Made by a program: the position numbers and the translations under genes. 64,000 nucleotides of DNA from Euglena gracilis (Eukaryota): positions 20,880,642 through 20,944,641 of the forward strand of contig CP154954.1 of the NCBI GenBank assembly GCA_039621445.1. Reading direction: 5' to 3'. Shown piece after piece: positions 23,301-51,510 of the stretch (the first letter of the stretch is position 1; the number at the start of each line of letters is the position of its first letter). Under the pieces are notes generated by a model that was not told the origin of the DNA, did no database searches, and saw only the letters and a program-made list of their open reading frames with translations.

Positions 23301-23658
23301 TGAAAATGTACACCACCCCCACTGCACAAAAATCCGAAAAGGCAATTTCCCACAAATTTATGATCAGGGACCTGAAAAATTTTTTACCGTTTTATTCAAA
23401 GGTTATTGTGGGGGGAAAAATGATGAGGAGACAGGTCAGCAGGTGCCAGAGCAGGAGAAAGGACAATTTAGCGAGCACAGATGGTCAAGGATAATTTCGC
23501 GGAGAGGTCAGAGGGTCAGAAGTATCCAGGGGGGGGGGGCTTCTGCAAAAAAACGAAGCCTGGTTCCAGTCCAGCTCGACCCCCTGCACCACCGCCACCA
23601 TCGCCAGCACCAACACCACGGCCAGCAGCCAGCGCCACCCACAGAGCTGCGGGGCCAT
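8384..23658 (-). CDS. Small secreted/ER-resident ARMET_C (MANF C-terminal, SAP-like) domain protein, 133 aa, 5 exons
   Basis: Exons 23658-23566, 22772-22718, 9481-9399, 9145-9049, 8457-8384 join in frame: signal peptide MAPQLCGWRWLLAVVLVLAMVAVVQG, then KHKTKELRQFLKERGVDEKQYASGEKPDLIRLVRESKDLP ... GMGFKMFTAEDLRKMDPEKMKEEL*. Intron 1 is non-conventional; introns 2-4 are GT-AG. Confidence 0.8.
9559..11126. repeat. Long foldback (~190-bp inverted arms), right arm interrupted by a MITE
   Basis: 9559-9750 is the near-perfect reverse complement of 10207-10305 plus 11033-11126. Confidence 0.85.
10306..11025. mobile_element. MITE with CAG(G)nAATGCGCTG TIRs and 7-bp TSD
   Basis: Ends CAG(G)nAATGCGCTG / CAGCGCATT(C)nTG; CCAAATC at 10299-10305 and 11026-11032; internal AAAATG(T/C)GC repeats. 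Confidence 0.88.
13973..16671 (+). CDS. Putative RNase H-fold transposase (DUF6589/KDZ-like); 5' exons unresolved; one frameshift near 16207
   Basis: Exons ~13973-14561, 14761-15411, 15513-16671 join in frame across non-conventional introns. Motifs VVLWLDNF, LLVDENIHYR, LYGIWHAYKH and FVEEAGEAMLSRL are arranged like the D/D/H/E pattern of DUF6589-type proteins. The acidic C-terminus (ORF 16255-16671) lies in a shifted frame. Confidence 0.6.
17039..21151 (+). CDS. ParB/Sulfiredoxin N-terminal domain protein (transposon cargo), multi-exon
   Basis: Probable start MPPKKLAK at 17039. Exons 17362-17499 and 17694-18055 (GT-AG) give GQVRRPRQEHVNDLITELKNNPPQELVLTVWPERATGKWVILSGQHRFLAA, with the ParB/Srx GxHR motif. 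Continues 18224-18439, 18630-~18723, 18877-~18980, ~19097-19732, 19861-~19895, ~20044-20310, 20541-~20875 (K/D/E-rich) and ~21062-21151 (stop). Confidence 0.75.
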
Positions 23659-23949
23659 GAACGACAGCCCGGTCTCGGAAGGAAATGCCTGTAAGAGTGG
23701 TGGGGGCAGGGGGGGGGTCGGTCGTGGGTCAAAAGTGCCCAAAAAAACGAGCTTTGGCGCCTTCGGCATGGGAAGTACCTTGGCCGAGTGTCCGGGCACT
23801 TTTGGCCATGTGTTCCCCCCCCCCCGGAGGGTCGGGTCTGGGTGCCTTGGAGCCCAGGCAGGCACCCGGGGTGGGGTCGGCCCCGCCTTGCAATTCAGCC
23901 TGGATTTGACGGGGATGACGATTTTGGTGGCACCTGCGATTGCGCGATC

Positions 23950-26900
23950 TGCAAAGGTGAAGATGGTTGAGCGTTCCGCATAGGACTTCCCGCAACAACT
24001 GCATCAATGCCACGTTTTGCTGCAACGTACGTGAACGTCTGTCCTTCCATAGCCATTCAGACCCCACTTGAACTCTCCAGCGCTGGTCTCATTTTGGACT
24101 AGAATTGAGATGACCATAAAGCAGGGGGATGCAAACAGAAAATGCTTACGGGCAGATGAAAAGCTGTACTGCAAAAAAAAAAAAAACGTATAAAAAGGCG
24201 AAAACTGCAAAGCAAAAGCACACACTGTCCCAGTGAAGAAGGAAAAAACTCAAAAAAACAATCAAATAAAACCAGACAGCCCTCCAGAAGAGGCATCCAA
24301 TAGCAAATGACGATGTGAAGAAGGCTTCGAATTTATCATGGAAATGCTGTAGAGGGAGAAAGGCTCGCTTGGCCATCCTGGCCCTGCCACCTTCCCGGCC
24401 GGCCAATGTAGAAAATGTCAAAGAGCTGAGGCAAGGCTGGGCCTTCTGAAGAAAATTGGGGGGGGGGGGGCTCACTAAAAAAAAGAGAACCAGAAAGACC
24501 AGAAAGGCTTTTATTCATCCAGGGGTTTTTTTACAGGACAATACAATGAAAAATTCTTCACAATAAACAAATCCTGCTACAGAGCACTGTAGAGGACAGA
24601 AAAATTGAGTTGTTGTTTTTGTAAGGTTGTTGTTCACGACAAACCAGAACAGCAGCCTCTCTGGCTCACAAGGCAGAGGGAAGAAGGGCAAGCAACGGGA
24701 GAGGCTGGTCCCGCAGCCGGTCATGCACACAAACCGCACACACCAAGAAGCGGCAAGTGGCCAGAATTCCAGTCGTTCGGGTTCAAAGCGAGCATTAACA
24801 GGCAGTAGGTCCATGGGGGGGGGGGTCGATGCTCAGAGACGTCGGCGCCCTCCACGGGAGGCCGGGGCCTTCCGCGCCTCCCCTGGCCTCTCGCTGGCCC
24901 ACGGCGGGGGACGGGCCGGGGCGTCTCCGGGCTGCCGGACCGGTGGCAGCAGCCTCCACTGGGGGAGAGACGAGGGGCGAGGGGTCGGCCTCACGGTGGA
25001 CTACTGCCAGGGCAGGCTTCAGAAACCTCCCAGGGGTTGGGACCAGAGAACGCAGCGGGGAGGGGAGGGGCTGCTGGGCGGGGGCCACCGCCACCCGACG
25101 GCGCGGAGACTGGCGAGGGTGTCGGCGGCGAGCCCCCGGGGGTTGGCCCGAAAAGGTGGGGAGGGGGACCTGCCCGGGCCCTTGCCTTTGACACGCCAAA
25201 GTACGGGGAAAGTGCGGTTGCCACGGGGGGGTGTCATGGACCAGCCGTGTCAAGGACAGGGGGGGGGGGAGGTGCCTGCCCCCGCCCCCAGCACACGCTG
25301 GGTCGGGACGTCCTGGACGGGAAGGGCATCACCCCATGGGGTCGACAACATCTGGGGGCGGGGGGTGGAGGGTGTTATGCGGCGGCTCGGGGGAGGAAGC
25401 TGGAGACCCGGTCAGCACTGGTGAGGCAGCGGGCCCGGGGCCCCCCCAGCTGCAGCGTCAGGGTCAGGGGCTGCCACTCCCCACCGCCGGGCCCGGCTTT
25501 GGCAGAAGAGGGGTTCTGGAACGTAGGGTTTGGGGTTTGAGATTTCCAAGAATTATTATTTCCACCCCCAAAATTGTTATTTTACGCTTATTGTGGTTTT
25601 TTGTGTTCTATTTTGTTTGACATTATGTTTTGTTTTTGGGGTTCGTAGGCCCGAAAATGAAAAGTGGCTGGCCCAGCGCCGAAGGCGCCGAACTTTTTTT
25701 TTGATTTTTGGCAAATGTTCATTGCCATCTTCTCATCATTCCAGAGAGGCCGATCCCCGGGGGGGGGGGGGGGAAAGTGACTGACTGGTTGTTTTTTTTG
25801 AGAAAAAGTGACTGACTGGTTTTTTCAGAGTGCAAAGTGACCCCCCTCCCCCCCCCCGGGGGTCGCTAAGCAATGGTATGGTCAAGAGGACAAATACATT
25901 GCGCGGCGCTTTCCCCCAGATCTGGAACCCCTGGTGCCGAAGGTGGTGAGCCCCAAAACTGACCATTTTCATGGACTTTTGCCTGAGACGGAGGGTTGGA
26001 ACTAACTGTGGGACAAGAATGATGGTTTTCCCCGTGCCATTTTCTCATCCTTCCGGTGCATGTATTCGATGTGTTGGTGAACTTGTGCATGCATGTTTTG
26101 TATATGCGCATCCCATGGGGGGGGGGGGGTTCTTGGCCAGAAAACCAATCAGTCACTCTGAAGAAAAAAAACCAGTCAGTCACCCCCCGGGGGTGGGGTG
26201 GGACAGGTGTTAAGCAATGGTATGCTCTTGACTTTTGCATTCAGATTGTTGAGGACACTTTTCTTGCAGCGCACGGCATGATTGCGGATTCCAAAGGCAC
26301 CACGAATGCCGAAAATTCACGCAAGGACGAACCCGCCTGGTGGGGGCACGGGCCCCAGAGGCCCCAGCTGCCACGCTGCCCATGCGCGGCGGCCCAGGGA
26401 GCACGGTGCGGTGCCCGGGACTCGCAGGAAGGGTGGCAGTGGTAGCCCAGGAAAGGAGCACCGACTGGCGTAACCCCCGCCGCAAGCAATGGAAGCAACC
26501 CCTCCCCCCAAGCAATCAGTCAGCACCAGTTCAGCCAACTTGGGCCCAACACCTAAACATAAGCAACCTGGCTGGCTGTTGGAAACTCAACTGGCATCCA
26601 TTGGTTATACGCCCCCCCCGGGGGGGGGGGGGCCTGTAAACAATCCAGGGGGGTCGGCGGAAAATCTTGGGTTATCAATGGAATAAGGTTAGGGTCAGGA
26701 TTAGCCTAATTTAGGTCTTACTTTTAGTGTACAAGTCAGGCCTGAAGTTAGGCCAAACTCTTAGCCCTAACCCTATTCCATCAATAACACTAAAAACTTT
26801 GACCCCCCCCCTGGATTAGTTACACGACCCCCCCCCCAGGCGTATAACCAATGGCTGCCACCCAGCTGTAAGCAATCAGTTGCTGAGGTTTAGGAGGAGG

Positions 26901-27300
26901 GTCAAGAAAATTTGATTAACACAGCGGTGGCGGTGGGGGTGGTGTGTGGACCCCCAAGCCACACATATGCTAGAAAAAGCAGCCCAAGAAGGTTTTGCTT
27001 TAAATAAAAAATAACCAGAACCAGGCGAAGTTCCATTGAAAATGGTCATTATACATCTGTTGTCATGTTTGACACCTAACCATGCGGGCTCTATTTTTCC
27101 AGCGGATGGATGCACAAAGAAGAAGGAATTGCTTCAGGCCAAATGGGTGCAAACCCTTGCCAGCACCAAGATGACGAAATCGCCTGACGCGGAATTCGTC
27201 AGTGGCTCCAAATCCCCCAGCATCTTCCTGAGGTCTACGTCGCCACGCAGTTGCAAGTCAACACGGAGGTCACCTTTTTGCACCTTCATCAACACCCATG
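23950..27300 (-). CDS. Unassigned probable coding exons (separate gene or 3' tail of the NSUN2-like gene)
   Basis: Coding-looking blocks: ~27300-27150 MKVQKGDLRVDLQLRGDVDLRKMLGDLEPLTNSASGDFVILVLA; ~24400-24285 RMAKRAFLPLQHFHDKFEAFFTSSFAIGCLFW. No family recognised. Confidence 0.3.
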
Positions 27301-28202
27301 CTGCTTTGTGCTGATAAATGCACATCTGTAACATAGTGAGCACAAAATACATCTGTGTAATATGTTTGCCTGTTCTGCTTTGATTCTTGCCACACAAAAA
27401 CCACAATGCTGGCACAGTATTTCCTGCATAATTGAGGAGGATGAAGCGTCGTTTGATTTGAATACGTTTGATTTGAATTGATTTGATTTGATAATATGTC
27501 CAGATGAGAGGCTGCCATTTCAGCATCTGGGGGTCGTTACAAGTCCAGTCCCAGGGTCCAGGACTGAGAGACCAGCTTTTATGGGGGCACTCTTTTTTAA
27601 GACAGCAATGTCAAGCAGTATAAAATAGTACCCAGGGACAGGAAGGACCGGCTGCTGACCCCATCGCACCGCCACCCTTGGTCAATTGTGTGACCCAACC
27701 AAACGTTTCGACAGAAGCTGCACTTGCTGCCTCGAGGTGTCAATTTTATTTTGAGAAATGATTTCCCATTGCTGAAGGACGACAACATTAAAAAAAAAAA
27801 ACGTCCTGCAAGGCTCCTCAAAACTCTTTTCGATGGTTTCAAGGTGAAAACGCTGTCACATTTCCCTGGCTCCCCCAACCAAAATTCCTATTCGTCTGCA
27901 GACCTGCTTTTATCCTGCAGCATTGTACATCGGGGGGGGGGGGGGGGATTCGTCCAGGAGGGTTTGACAATGGGAAAAATATTAGATGAATCCATAAAAT
28001 TCTGGACGTCCACTTGAACGGCCAGGGGAAATTCTGGAAGAAATAATCCCTTGAATTGCACGAGAGCTGACATCAATCTGGACAAAACCAAACGACAAAT
28101 TGCAAAATAAGAAAAGAAAAACGCCTTGAACACGTGATTTGAAAGAACAGATGCACATTAAGAATCGGCAGAACAACAAATGCAAATTTTTGGACGTTTA
28201 CG

Positions 28203-28858
28203 CTGGGGGGATTGTTGCCAGTGTCCTTTGGAAAAACTGCAGGAAAATTGCGGAAATTGTGGGGAAGTTGCAGAAATTGTGGTTTTGAGAATGTGACTGA
28301 GAAAAATTCACAATTTTTGTCATTTTGCAACAGTGGTGTATGCTGTTGCTCAGACTTATTCCAGGGGAATGATTTCGTCTTATAAAAATTCCACATCCTG
28401 GACCAGATTTTACCTGAGACCAAACTTTTCCTCAATTCTTGTCATTATCGGATTGTTTTTGAGCCAACAAAGTCCACTTTTTTAAAATCAGCATATTCCA
28501 ATCACAAAAATCATATTTTTTGGCGCATCTGCAGAACCAGAAAATACCCAAAAAAAGGCCCAGAAAATGCCAAACAAAATTCGCAAAATTCGGCAAATTT
28601 TGGAAAATTTGCAACACAATAACAAAAAAAGCACCTGGGTTCCTTTGTCAAACGTTCGAAAAATGGCCGGAACTTATTTTGCCTTATATCTCAGGTTTAT
28701 GCATAAAACTTGTGGAAAAAGGCCAAAACTGCAGGAATATTGCGGGAAAATTGCGGGAAAATTGCGGAAATTGGGAAGAAAATTGCAAGAAATTGCAGGA
28801 AAATTGTGGGAAATTGCGGAAATTGGGAAGAAAATTGCGGATATGAATTTCCCCCCTG
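28203..28858. mobile_element. Older MITE of the AATTGCGGAA-repeat family
   Basis: Ends CTGGGGGGATTG / GATATGAATTTCCCCCCTG; flanks GTTTACG / GTTTACT (6/7); same internal repeats as 952-1708. Confidence 0.65.
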
Positions 28859-29899
28859 GTTTACTTAAAAAAAAATGGGTGATTTTTTTCAATTTTCCAA
28901 AAAAAACCCCTGACGAATCCATATTTTACCAACAGGAATTTTTCCTGTCCCACTCAGTATGCTTTTTCTTTGGAGACCCAGACTGCCAGAAAGGCGCTGG
29001 CCGGCAAAAAATGTGCGCTGGACCCCCCTTGGAATCATACCATTGCTTACTGAACCTGGGGGGAGTGACTTTCCACAGTCAATAAAAACCAGTGAGTCAC
29101 TTTTCAAAAAGTGAGTCATCCACTTCCAACCCTGGGGAGGTCGGTGACCCTGGCCACTCGGGAAAATGGCTCGAAATCAGAGGAGTTTGCCCAAAAAATA
29201 ATCCCAGAAAAACTTCCATCGCCTTCAGCACTAGGTGGGTAACCATCGGCCAGCCCGGGCCAACCCTAGCTTCCACCCTCTAGAAAAAAAAAGAATCAGT
29301 CGCCCCCCCCTGAGGGATGGTCAGGCACAGGAATGGGGGGGGGGGGGGTGCGAGAGAATGGGTCTGGCCAGCTGCCGGCATGGACCCGGCTGACTCGAAA
29401 TGTGGCGAAAAAAATACAACCTAGGTTGGGCTGGAATTTGTCAAAAATTAACAGTCAGGAAATTTCTTGCTGGACCCCCCCCCCCAGGGAGGGGGTCCAG
29501 CCGGGTGGGGAAAATTGCTGGCTGGACCCCCCCCCCTGGGGGGTGGTGGGGTCCAGGTGGGGGGGGGGGGTCCTGCCGACTGCCGGGCTGGACCCAGCTG
29601 GCTCCCAAACACAGGGGTCGAGTGGTAACAAAACTTTCGCAGCCCAGCGAGGCCAGGCGGGAAAGAAATTGTCTGTCACCAGTAAACCCCCAAAGCTCTC
29701 ACAATACCATCTTTTTGCGGTTTTGACACCCTTTCAAAAATTTCGGCGGAAAATGTTCTCTGGCTTCAGACCAGTCGCGCTGGGCTGGGTCAACTGGTCT
29801 CATTTCATTTCACAGGGGGGGGGGTCTGCAGCAAAGGTGCTGGCTGGCTGGCTGGACTCCCCCGGTGCCCTTCGGCTTGAGAAACACCATGGACCGTAT

Positions 29900-44680
<14,781 letters not shown>

Positions 44681-45625
44681 GTGATGCATCACACCCACAC
44701 GGGTGGATGGTGTGAGATGGTTGTTTTTTTGCAAAAAACTCTCCGCCCCAAGATATAGCCACGTTCCGTAAATGTGCTATTATGAGGGGTCATTGAAATG
44801 TATGTGTATATATGCATACTCATACATATATGTATACACATACTCATACATATGCACATACACACACTCCGAAACATACATATATGCATGGCAGCCTCCC
44901 ACTAACCGCCCCCCGGGGGGGCCGGATAATGGGAGGCTGCCACATGCACATATACATACACATACACATCCGTATGCAAATCCATCTACATAGACATAGA
45001 CATTGACATAGACACATGCATAAACATATGCATGTACGTAAACAAATGAATATTTATGTGTGTGAGAGTCTGGTATGTACTGCGGATGTGTGTGCATTCA
45101 GATGTGTTGTCCATGTGGACATATGAGTGGGGTTATAAGTAATGCAGAATATCAACCCCCTTCCTCTCATAACGCTGTGACGGGAGTCCTGGTCCAGCAC
45201 GCACCACCGCCTTCCAGTGCCGTTTGGCCTGCTCCGCCTCTATACGCTGTCGCTTCGCTCCCATCGGCCCTCTGTATCAAAATCAATCAGATGGGGGCGT
45301 TTGGCAGCATCGGAGGGCTGCAAGTATGGGCATGAAAAATGTCTGCGGACATGGAAAGGAAATAGATATAGATAGATAGAGGGTGGAAAACACACAAAAA
45401 AAACTTCAGGGCTGAAGTAATGTGAATCAAAAATATTTGTCCCCAGAAAGTGCCATGAGGCGGACCCACCCAAGGACCACTGGCCGAACCAGCGAAAATT
45501 GCGCTACGGTTGTTGATAACACCAATATGTCATCATACATGCCAAACTTAAAGACGGTTTGCCATATTTGTTGACATAGAAAAATAATTTTAAACATTTA
45601 AAATGCCCCACTTCCCCCCAACTCA

Positions 45626-48600
45626 ATGGCGGTGGTATTTGGCAGCGCCACCCCACCTCCGCTGCTGAGCTCTCCCATCGCCTCTCTCAGCCGGAGCCAG
45701 TTCACCAACCCGCCCCAGCCGTCCAGGCGGTTCAGACCAGGGTGTTGCTTTAGAAAATTTGACCCACTCCTGGGGTCAAATACCAGCCAGCAGCCTTTTT
45801 CCAGACAGCAGCCTATTTCTAGCCCGGAACCCCCTCCCCCCCCCCAATCAACGACTTTTATTTATCCCCAGCTGCCCTTCGAGCAGCTGGACGGTACCGT
45901 ACTTTTCGATTTCGGGGGGCACAAAAATGGGTCCAAAAACGGGTAAAATTGGAAAACAGCTGCCCAGGACATTTTTGGGGTTCAAAAAAAATCGTTTTTG
46001 CATAATTGGAAGTTTTTTTTATTATGTCTTTGCGATTTCGATTTTTGGTACCCGGTTTAACAAGTTGAGCCCAGCTCCAGCCGGGACCCCTAGGGGAGAG
46101 AGGGGGTCAGCCAGCAGCCTTCTTTCAGCCAGCTCAAATTTTCCAGCCTCTGAGCTGACCCCCGGGGTCCTCAAGCAACGTCCTGGTGCAGACCACCGTG
46201 GTAGAGCAGGTGCAGCAGGCCGTCGCCCAGCCCGTGGTGGCCACCGCTGCGCCGGCTGTGCCCGTCTCACCTGCGCCTCCGCTTTCCCGCGAATTTTCTT
46301 GGTTGGTGATGCGGGCATAGGGTTTGAGGGTTTGTTCCCCCCCCACCCCCTTGCTCAAAGTTCTCAAAGTGCTGGCCAGGGACCAAATGCAATTGCCCCC
46401 ACGGTGGATCAGTCGAGAAATCCTCCTGAATTGGTATTGTGAAACAGGCAAGGAGGATTTCCAACCCTTTTTCAGTTCTTGTATGGAACCTATGTTACAT
46501 TTCTAGTTTACGTATATTATGAATGATGGTGTCAAACCTCACAGCTGGGATGACCCGGCTGATTTTAGGTGGGGGGGTGGACCTCCCACCAGGTTTCCCA
46601 TTCAGGTGGGGGAAGTCCACGGGGCTCTTCCTGCGTCTCAGCCCTCGCACTGTGTTTCATTCCTCAATGGTGTGTGATCCACACATCCACACACTGCATG
46701 CACACTTCTGAGTCAAACTGAGGTGTGGATGCGACCCGCTACTGCCGCGTAGCCCCCGATGGGTCGCCTCTGCCATGCACCTGCCATGGAACACACAGCA
46801 CCACCGTGAACGTTGTCGCCCCGCCCCCAACTCCGCCGCCTGCTCAGCAATACACTTGTATCCCCACGCCGGTATCTCCCCTCCTGGAAACCCCATGATA
46901 TGAACTGAACGAATTCTTTACTGGAACACAGTAACGTTTTTTTTGCGCCTTTTTTATGCGTTTTTTGATTTTGGTGACTTTTGTGGACATTGTTTTGTGT
47001 CGTGTTTTTCGGGTTGCGAGGGTAAAGCTCCGTGAATATAAACTCCATTTTCTTCATTCCGTTTTCTTAACCGTGTTGGCGGATTCTTTTCAAAAACTGT
47101 TTCATTCGACAATGCCTTCGACAAAGATATGATGCAGCAACACGAAGTCAGCAACAAAAATTTCCGAGGGAGGAAACGGAATGGGAAGGGGTTATTTTCA
47201 GCAGCGGTGTTCCCCCCTTCAGTGGCCTGATGACCAAAGCTGCCACCGTCCAGCAGCGGGCATTCGACTGCCCCCATTCCCCTCTTCCCCACAGGTGGCG
47301 CAGCCCCTGCCGGCGATGCCCCGGCTGGCCCTGCCCGCCGCACCCCCGGTGCAGTACGTCGCCGCCCCCGGCCGGTGCGCCTCGTCCCCGCCTCCCCCCG
47401 GCTGCGGTACGTCGCGCCCGCCCCACCCGTCCAGTACGCCATTCCCTTGCCCCGGGCCCAGTACGTCGCGGCTGCCCCGCCCTTTCAATACGTCGCCCCT
47501 CCCCCGCCGGTCCAGTACATTGCCGCTGTCCATACAATCGGCTTTTGCCTTGCGGCGGGTTTCTGCTGGCTTCCGTTTGCCCTGGAAGACATTCTCCACG
47601 AACGGTGACCTTTGGATGGTTTTGTATTTGTGTAAAAGCGGGTGATTTCTCCCACCTTAATTTCTCCTGCCGTAACCCCGAACCAGAAGCTTTGAATTCT
47701 TTTTTTGGGGTGGACTGTTCATCCCGCCCAAAGTCAATGAGTGATTTATGATACATAGAAAGAAGCGGCCCCCTCTTGAAGCTGAGCCATTGCATGGCTC
47801 TGCCCCTCCCCCACCGCCGGTGCAAACCATCCAGTATGTCGCCAGCACAACGACAGTGCAGACCCCACCGCTACACACTGGGTACAGCTACGCCCAGGGG
47901 AACGTCGTGCCCATGGGGAACAAAGCTGTTGAAGTTGAGCAGGTATTAATTTCTCCCTGTTTAAGGGGATCGCAGACCTGGAAGCCACCAAGGTCAGATA
48001 AGGCCAGCAAGTCGTGCTTTGGCTTTCTTCAATTTCCGCAGACTTCTTCAGGTCTCTAAATTCCCGGTTGGCTTCCCACCCTCTCCCGATGTCATTCCTG
48101 ACACTAACCCCCAACCCCAACCCAACCCAAACCAAAAAATGATCCCTACCCTGAATACGTTTGAATGCCTGTCTGTGCTGACCATATGCGTGAAAATGTC
48201 ACAATTTTGTTATTTCAGATGCTTTTTCTGGCAAAAAATACTGGAAAGTATGCAATATGTATTTAAAAAGGTACACGTCTACATGTTTAAAACATGTGTG
48301 TACATGTGCATAAATTTATCTATATCTTTGCACATGTTTCTATGTGCACTGTCCCCATTCCAAACCAATTCCCCCGATCCAAATCTCCGCCGGTTGTGTC
48401 ACATGTGCCCCCCCCCCCCCCCCCCCCCGGCCCCCCCCTCCGTCCTGGTCCCGGCCACCGGCGCGCCGCCCGCTGTCCCGCCGGCCGCCACGCTGCCCCC
48501 GCCGACCGGCGCGGTGCGCTGGGAGTGGGCGAACGGCACCGGCATTGCGGGTGGCAACACCAACTTCGACTACCGCCCCGTCAAGCTGGACGACACCCCC

Positions 48601-48720
48601 ATGGCCTCGTCCTTCATCCCGGCCGCCGGGTCCAACCTGCCCCTGGCGTTTGGCTCGCAGAACGTGCACGTGCCTGGGATGGGCCACAGGCTGCAGTTGT
48701 CAACGGTTCATCACTGGTGA
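45626..48720 (+). CDS. Pro/Val/Gln-rich low-complexity protein with PPVQY repeats, multi-exon
   Basis: GC-rich exon blocks: ~46185-46270 VQTTVVEQVQQAVAQPVV; ~47294-47530 PPVQYVAAP/PPVQYAIP/PPFQYVAPPPPVQYIAA; ~47780-47942; ~48430-48720 ending STVHHW*. Start codon tentative. Confidence 0.55.
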
Positions 48721-49151
48721 GAGGTGGTGGGAGCAACTTAGAGACTAAACTCAAAGCCCTGAGGCTCTTTGCCATTTCCTAATTGCTGACCATCAATGAA
48801 GTCTTATTATCACTCTGAAGGTTCAAGAAAAGTGATGGGCATTGGTGAATGAAAATCACACGCCATCGTTTGCAATGGTGTTGGATGATCACACCCCCAG
48901 ATCCAGTCCTCCGGCAAACCATCACCCCATTATCTTTTTTATTTTCCTAGTTTCGAGTGCTCCAATTTTCACCCTCCTCTGTTCAATTGCACAAAATATG
49001 GTCCCATTCCGTCGCCAAAGCCTTTTCGCTCCGCTGAGCTGTGAGCCTGTCTCAACCGTTCCCATCCCCCATCCCTCTGGTTTACCTGTTAGCCACAGCC
49101 GTTCGCACGTATCCTGCCCACAGGTGTGTTTCATTGAATTTCATGCACCGC

Positions 49152-49680
<529 letters not shown>

Positions 49681-50918
49681 AAAGGATTTCAATATTTTTG
49701 TGAACTGCTTTAAGACACACATGTATACCGCTCCATTGCCCTGGGACCTCAAGCCGCGATCCAGATATCTGCTTGCGCCACTCAGCAGCATCATTTCCTG
49801 TGGTGGGAGGGGACATTTTCTGCAGTGGTAGTGTGGCAGCCATACCACCATCAATCCTTGCGTTGGATGCCTGCGGGGATGCGATTGCATATTTTTTGCA
49901 TTGAATATTTTTTTTGCATTGCATCCGCCTTGCCCCTGATGATATGAGAAGCAGAGGGCTCAGCGGCATTGGCTCACCGTCCACACTCCCCCACACGTAT
50001 TCCCCCACACGTTCCGCTCAGGGACCAGTGAGGGCCTAGACTGCGAATGCACCATTGCAATACTGTGCGGTCCCTTCAGACGTGCGTGCATTCTCCTGCT
50101 TGTTTAATAAATTTGGAAAGCACAACGCCGGCCGTTGCTTAATCGTCTTCAAGGTGGGGTTTGAAACGTTTGTCAGATCAGAGGGAGGTGTGGATTCCCC
50201 CCCTCCGGCTTGGGGGTGTCCGGACCACAGGGAACAATTCACAGTAACCAGGGACCTCTGGGAAACTTGACGTCTTTTGGTTTTACCCTTTTGGAAGTTG
50301 ACCAGGAGCGTTCCCCATCCATTGAACAGGAGGATAGACCAGCAGAAGGTGTCCATCGGCTGACGACTCCATGGTGGACTTCGAGCCCCACGGATGTGTT
50401 CCACTCGATCTTTGGGGGGTATTCTGGGCAGCATCGAATGGATAAGATACGGTGGCTGGCGGCGGTTAACGGTATGCACCACGCGCCCGCCACGCAGGGG
50501 TACCAGTGCAACAAGAAGGGGGCTGAGCAATGAAGTGTGCAAAACAGAGCAGACATGGCGAGGTTGCCGTTTCTTTTGATTTAATCTCACGATCTTCGTT
50601 GCAATGGGCCGGCAGGGACAGGGAAGGCCTTTTGATATCTCTGCCCTGAGGGGTTGGTTTCGGGTCGGATGTTGCAAAGTTGCAGATCACTGAGGCTGAA
50701 GTTGCGAGGACCCAAAAGTGGCGATTTTGAAGGAATCTGAATGGTTTCGGACCAGTCTGGATCCAAAAACCTGCCCACTCTCAACTGGGGGGACAGTCAA
50801 TACAGAAGGCACCCCCCTCCCTCTCGGGGCCGGCAGAAGCCTGGCGGTTCCTTCAGCAAAGACCCAAGTTCGTCAGTTTGCGATCCCCCAGCTCAGGTGG
50901 AGGGGAGGGGGCAGGAAT

Positions 50919-51228
50919 CAGGCTTGTGCTTAGTCGGGTGCCTACCCCACGGGGGGGGGGGTGCTAGGGGCAGGCACCCCATAGCACCCGATCCGACCCC
51001 CCCCCCCGGGCGGTGGGGGGTAGGGTTTTGGGGGGTGCCTGCCCCTAGCAGGCACCCCCCCTCCCCGGCGCCTTCGGACCTTCTCCGGCCTGGAAAAGCC
51101 CATTTTCAATGAAAATTTTCTGGGTCCCCCCGGACCCCTATCCCCGGGGGGGGGGGTGCCTGCTAGGGGCAGGCACCCTATAGCACCCACCCACCCCCCT
51201 CCCCCCCCGGTTGGTAAGCACAAGCATG
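50919..51228. mobile_element. hAT-like MITE with perfect 8-bp TSD
   Basis: Ends CAGGCTTGTGCTTA / TAAGCACAAGCATG; GCAGGAAT at 50911-50918 and 51229-51236. Confidence 0.9.
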
Positions 51229-51289
51229 GCAGGAATGATGCTGTCTGGGCTGCAGGGGAGGCATTGGCGGTCTGGCTTAGTCTCAGTGT

Positions 51290-51354
<65 letters not shown>

Positions 51355-51510
51355 ATGCGTGGGGTGTGGTGTGTGTGGCGGGGGGGGGGTCTGCCACAGC
51401 GAAAGGGACAGGATTTGACAGCGACTCCCAGCCGGGTTCATTCACCACTGGGCCCAGCGTCAACCGTGGTTCCCCTTCCCCTCCTCAACCAGCTCCTTCC
51501 TCCTCGGCCC

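Noticed and set aside
50220-50520. Possible non-LTR retrotransposon zinc-knuckle remnant on the minus strand
   Set aside because: Requires frameshifts and no reverse transcriptase motifs are seen nearby; too weak to call.
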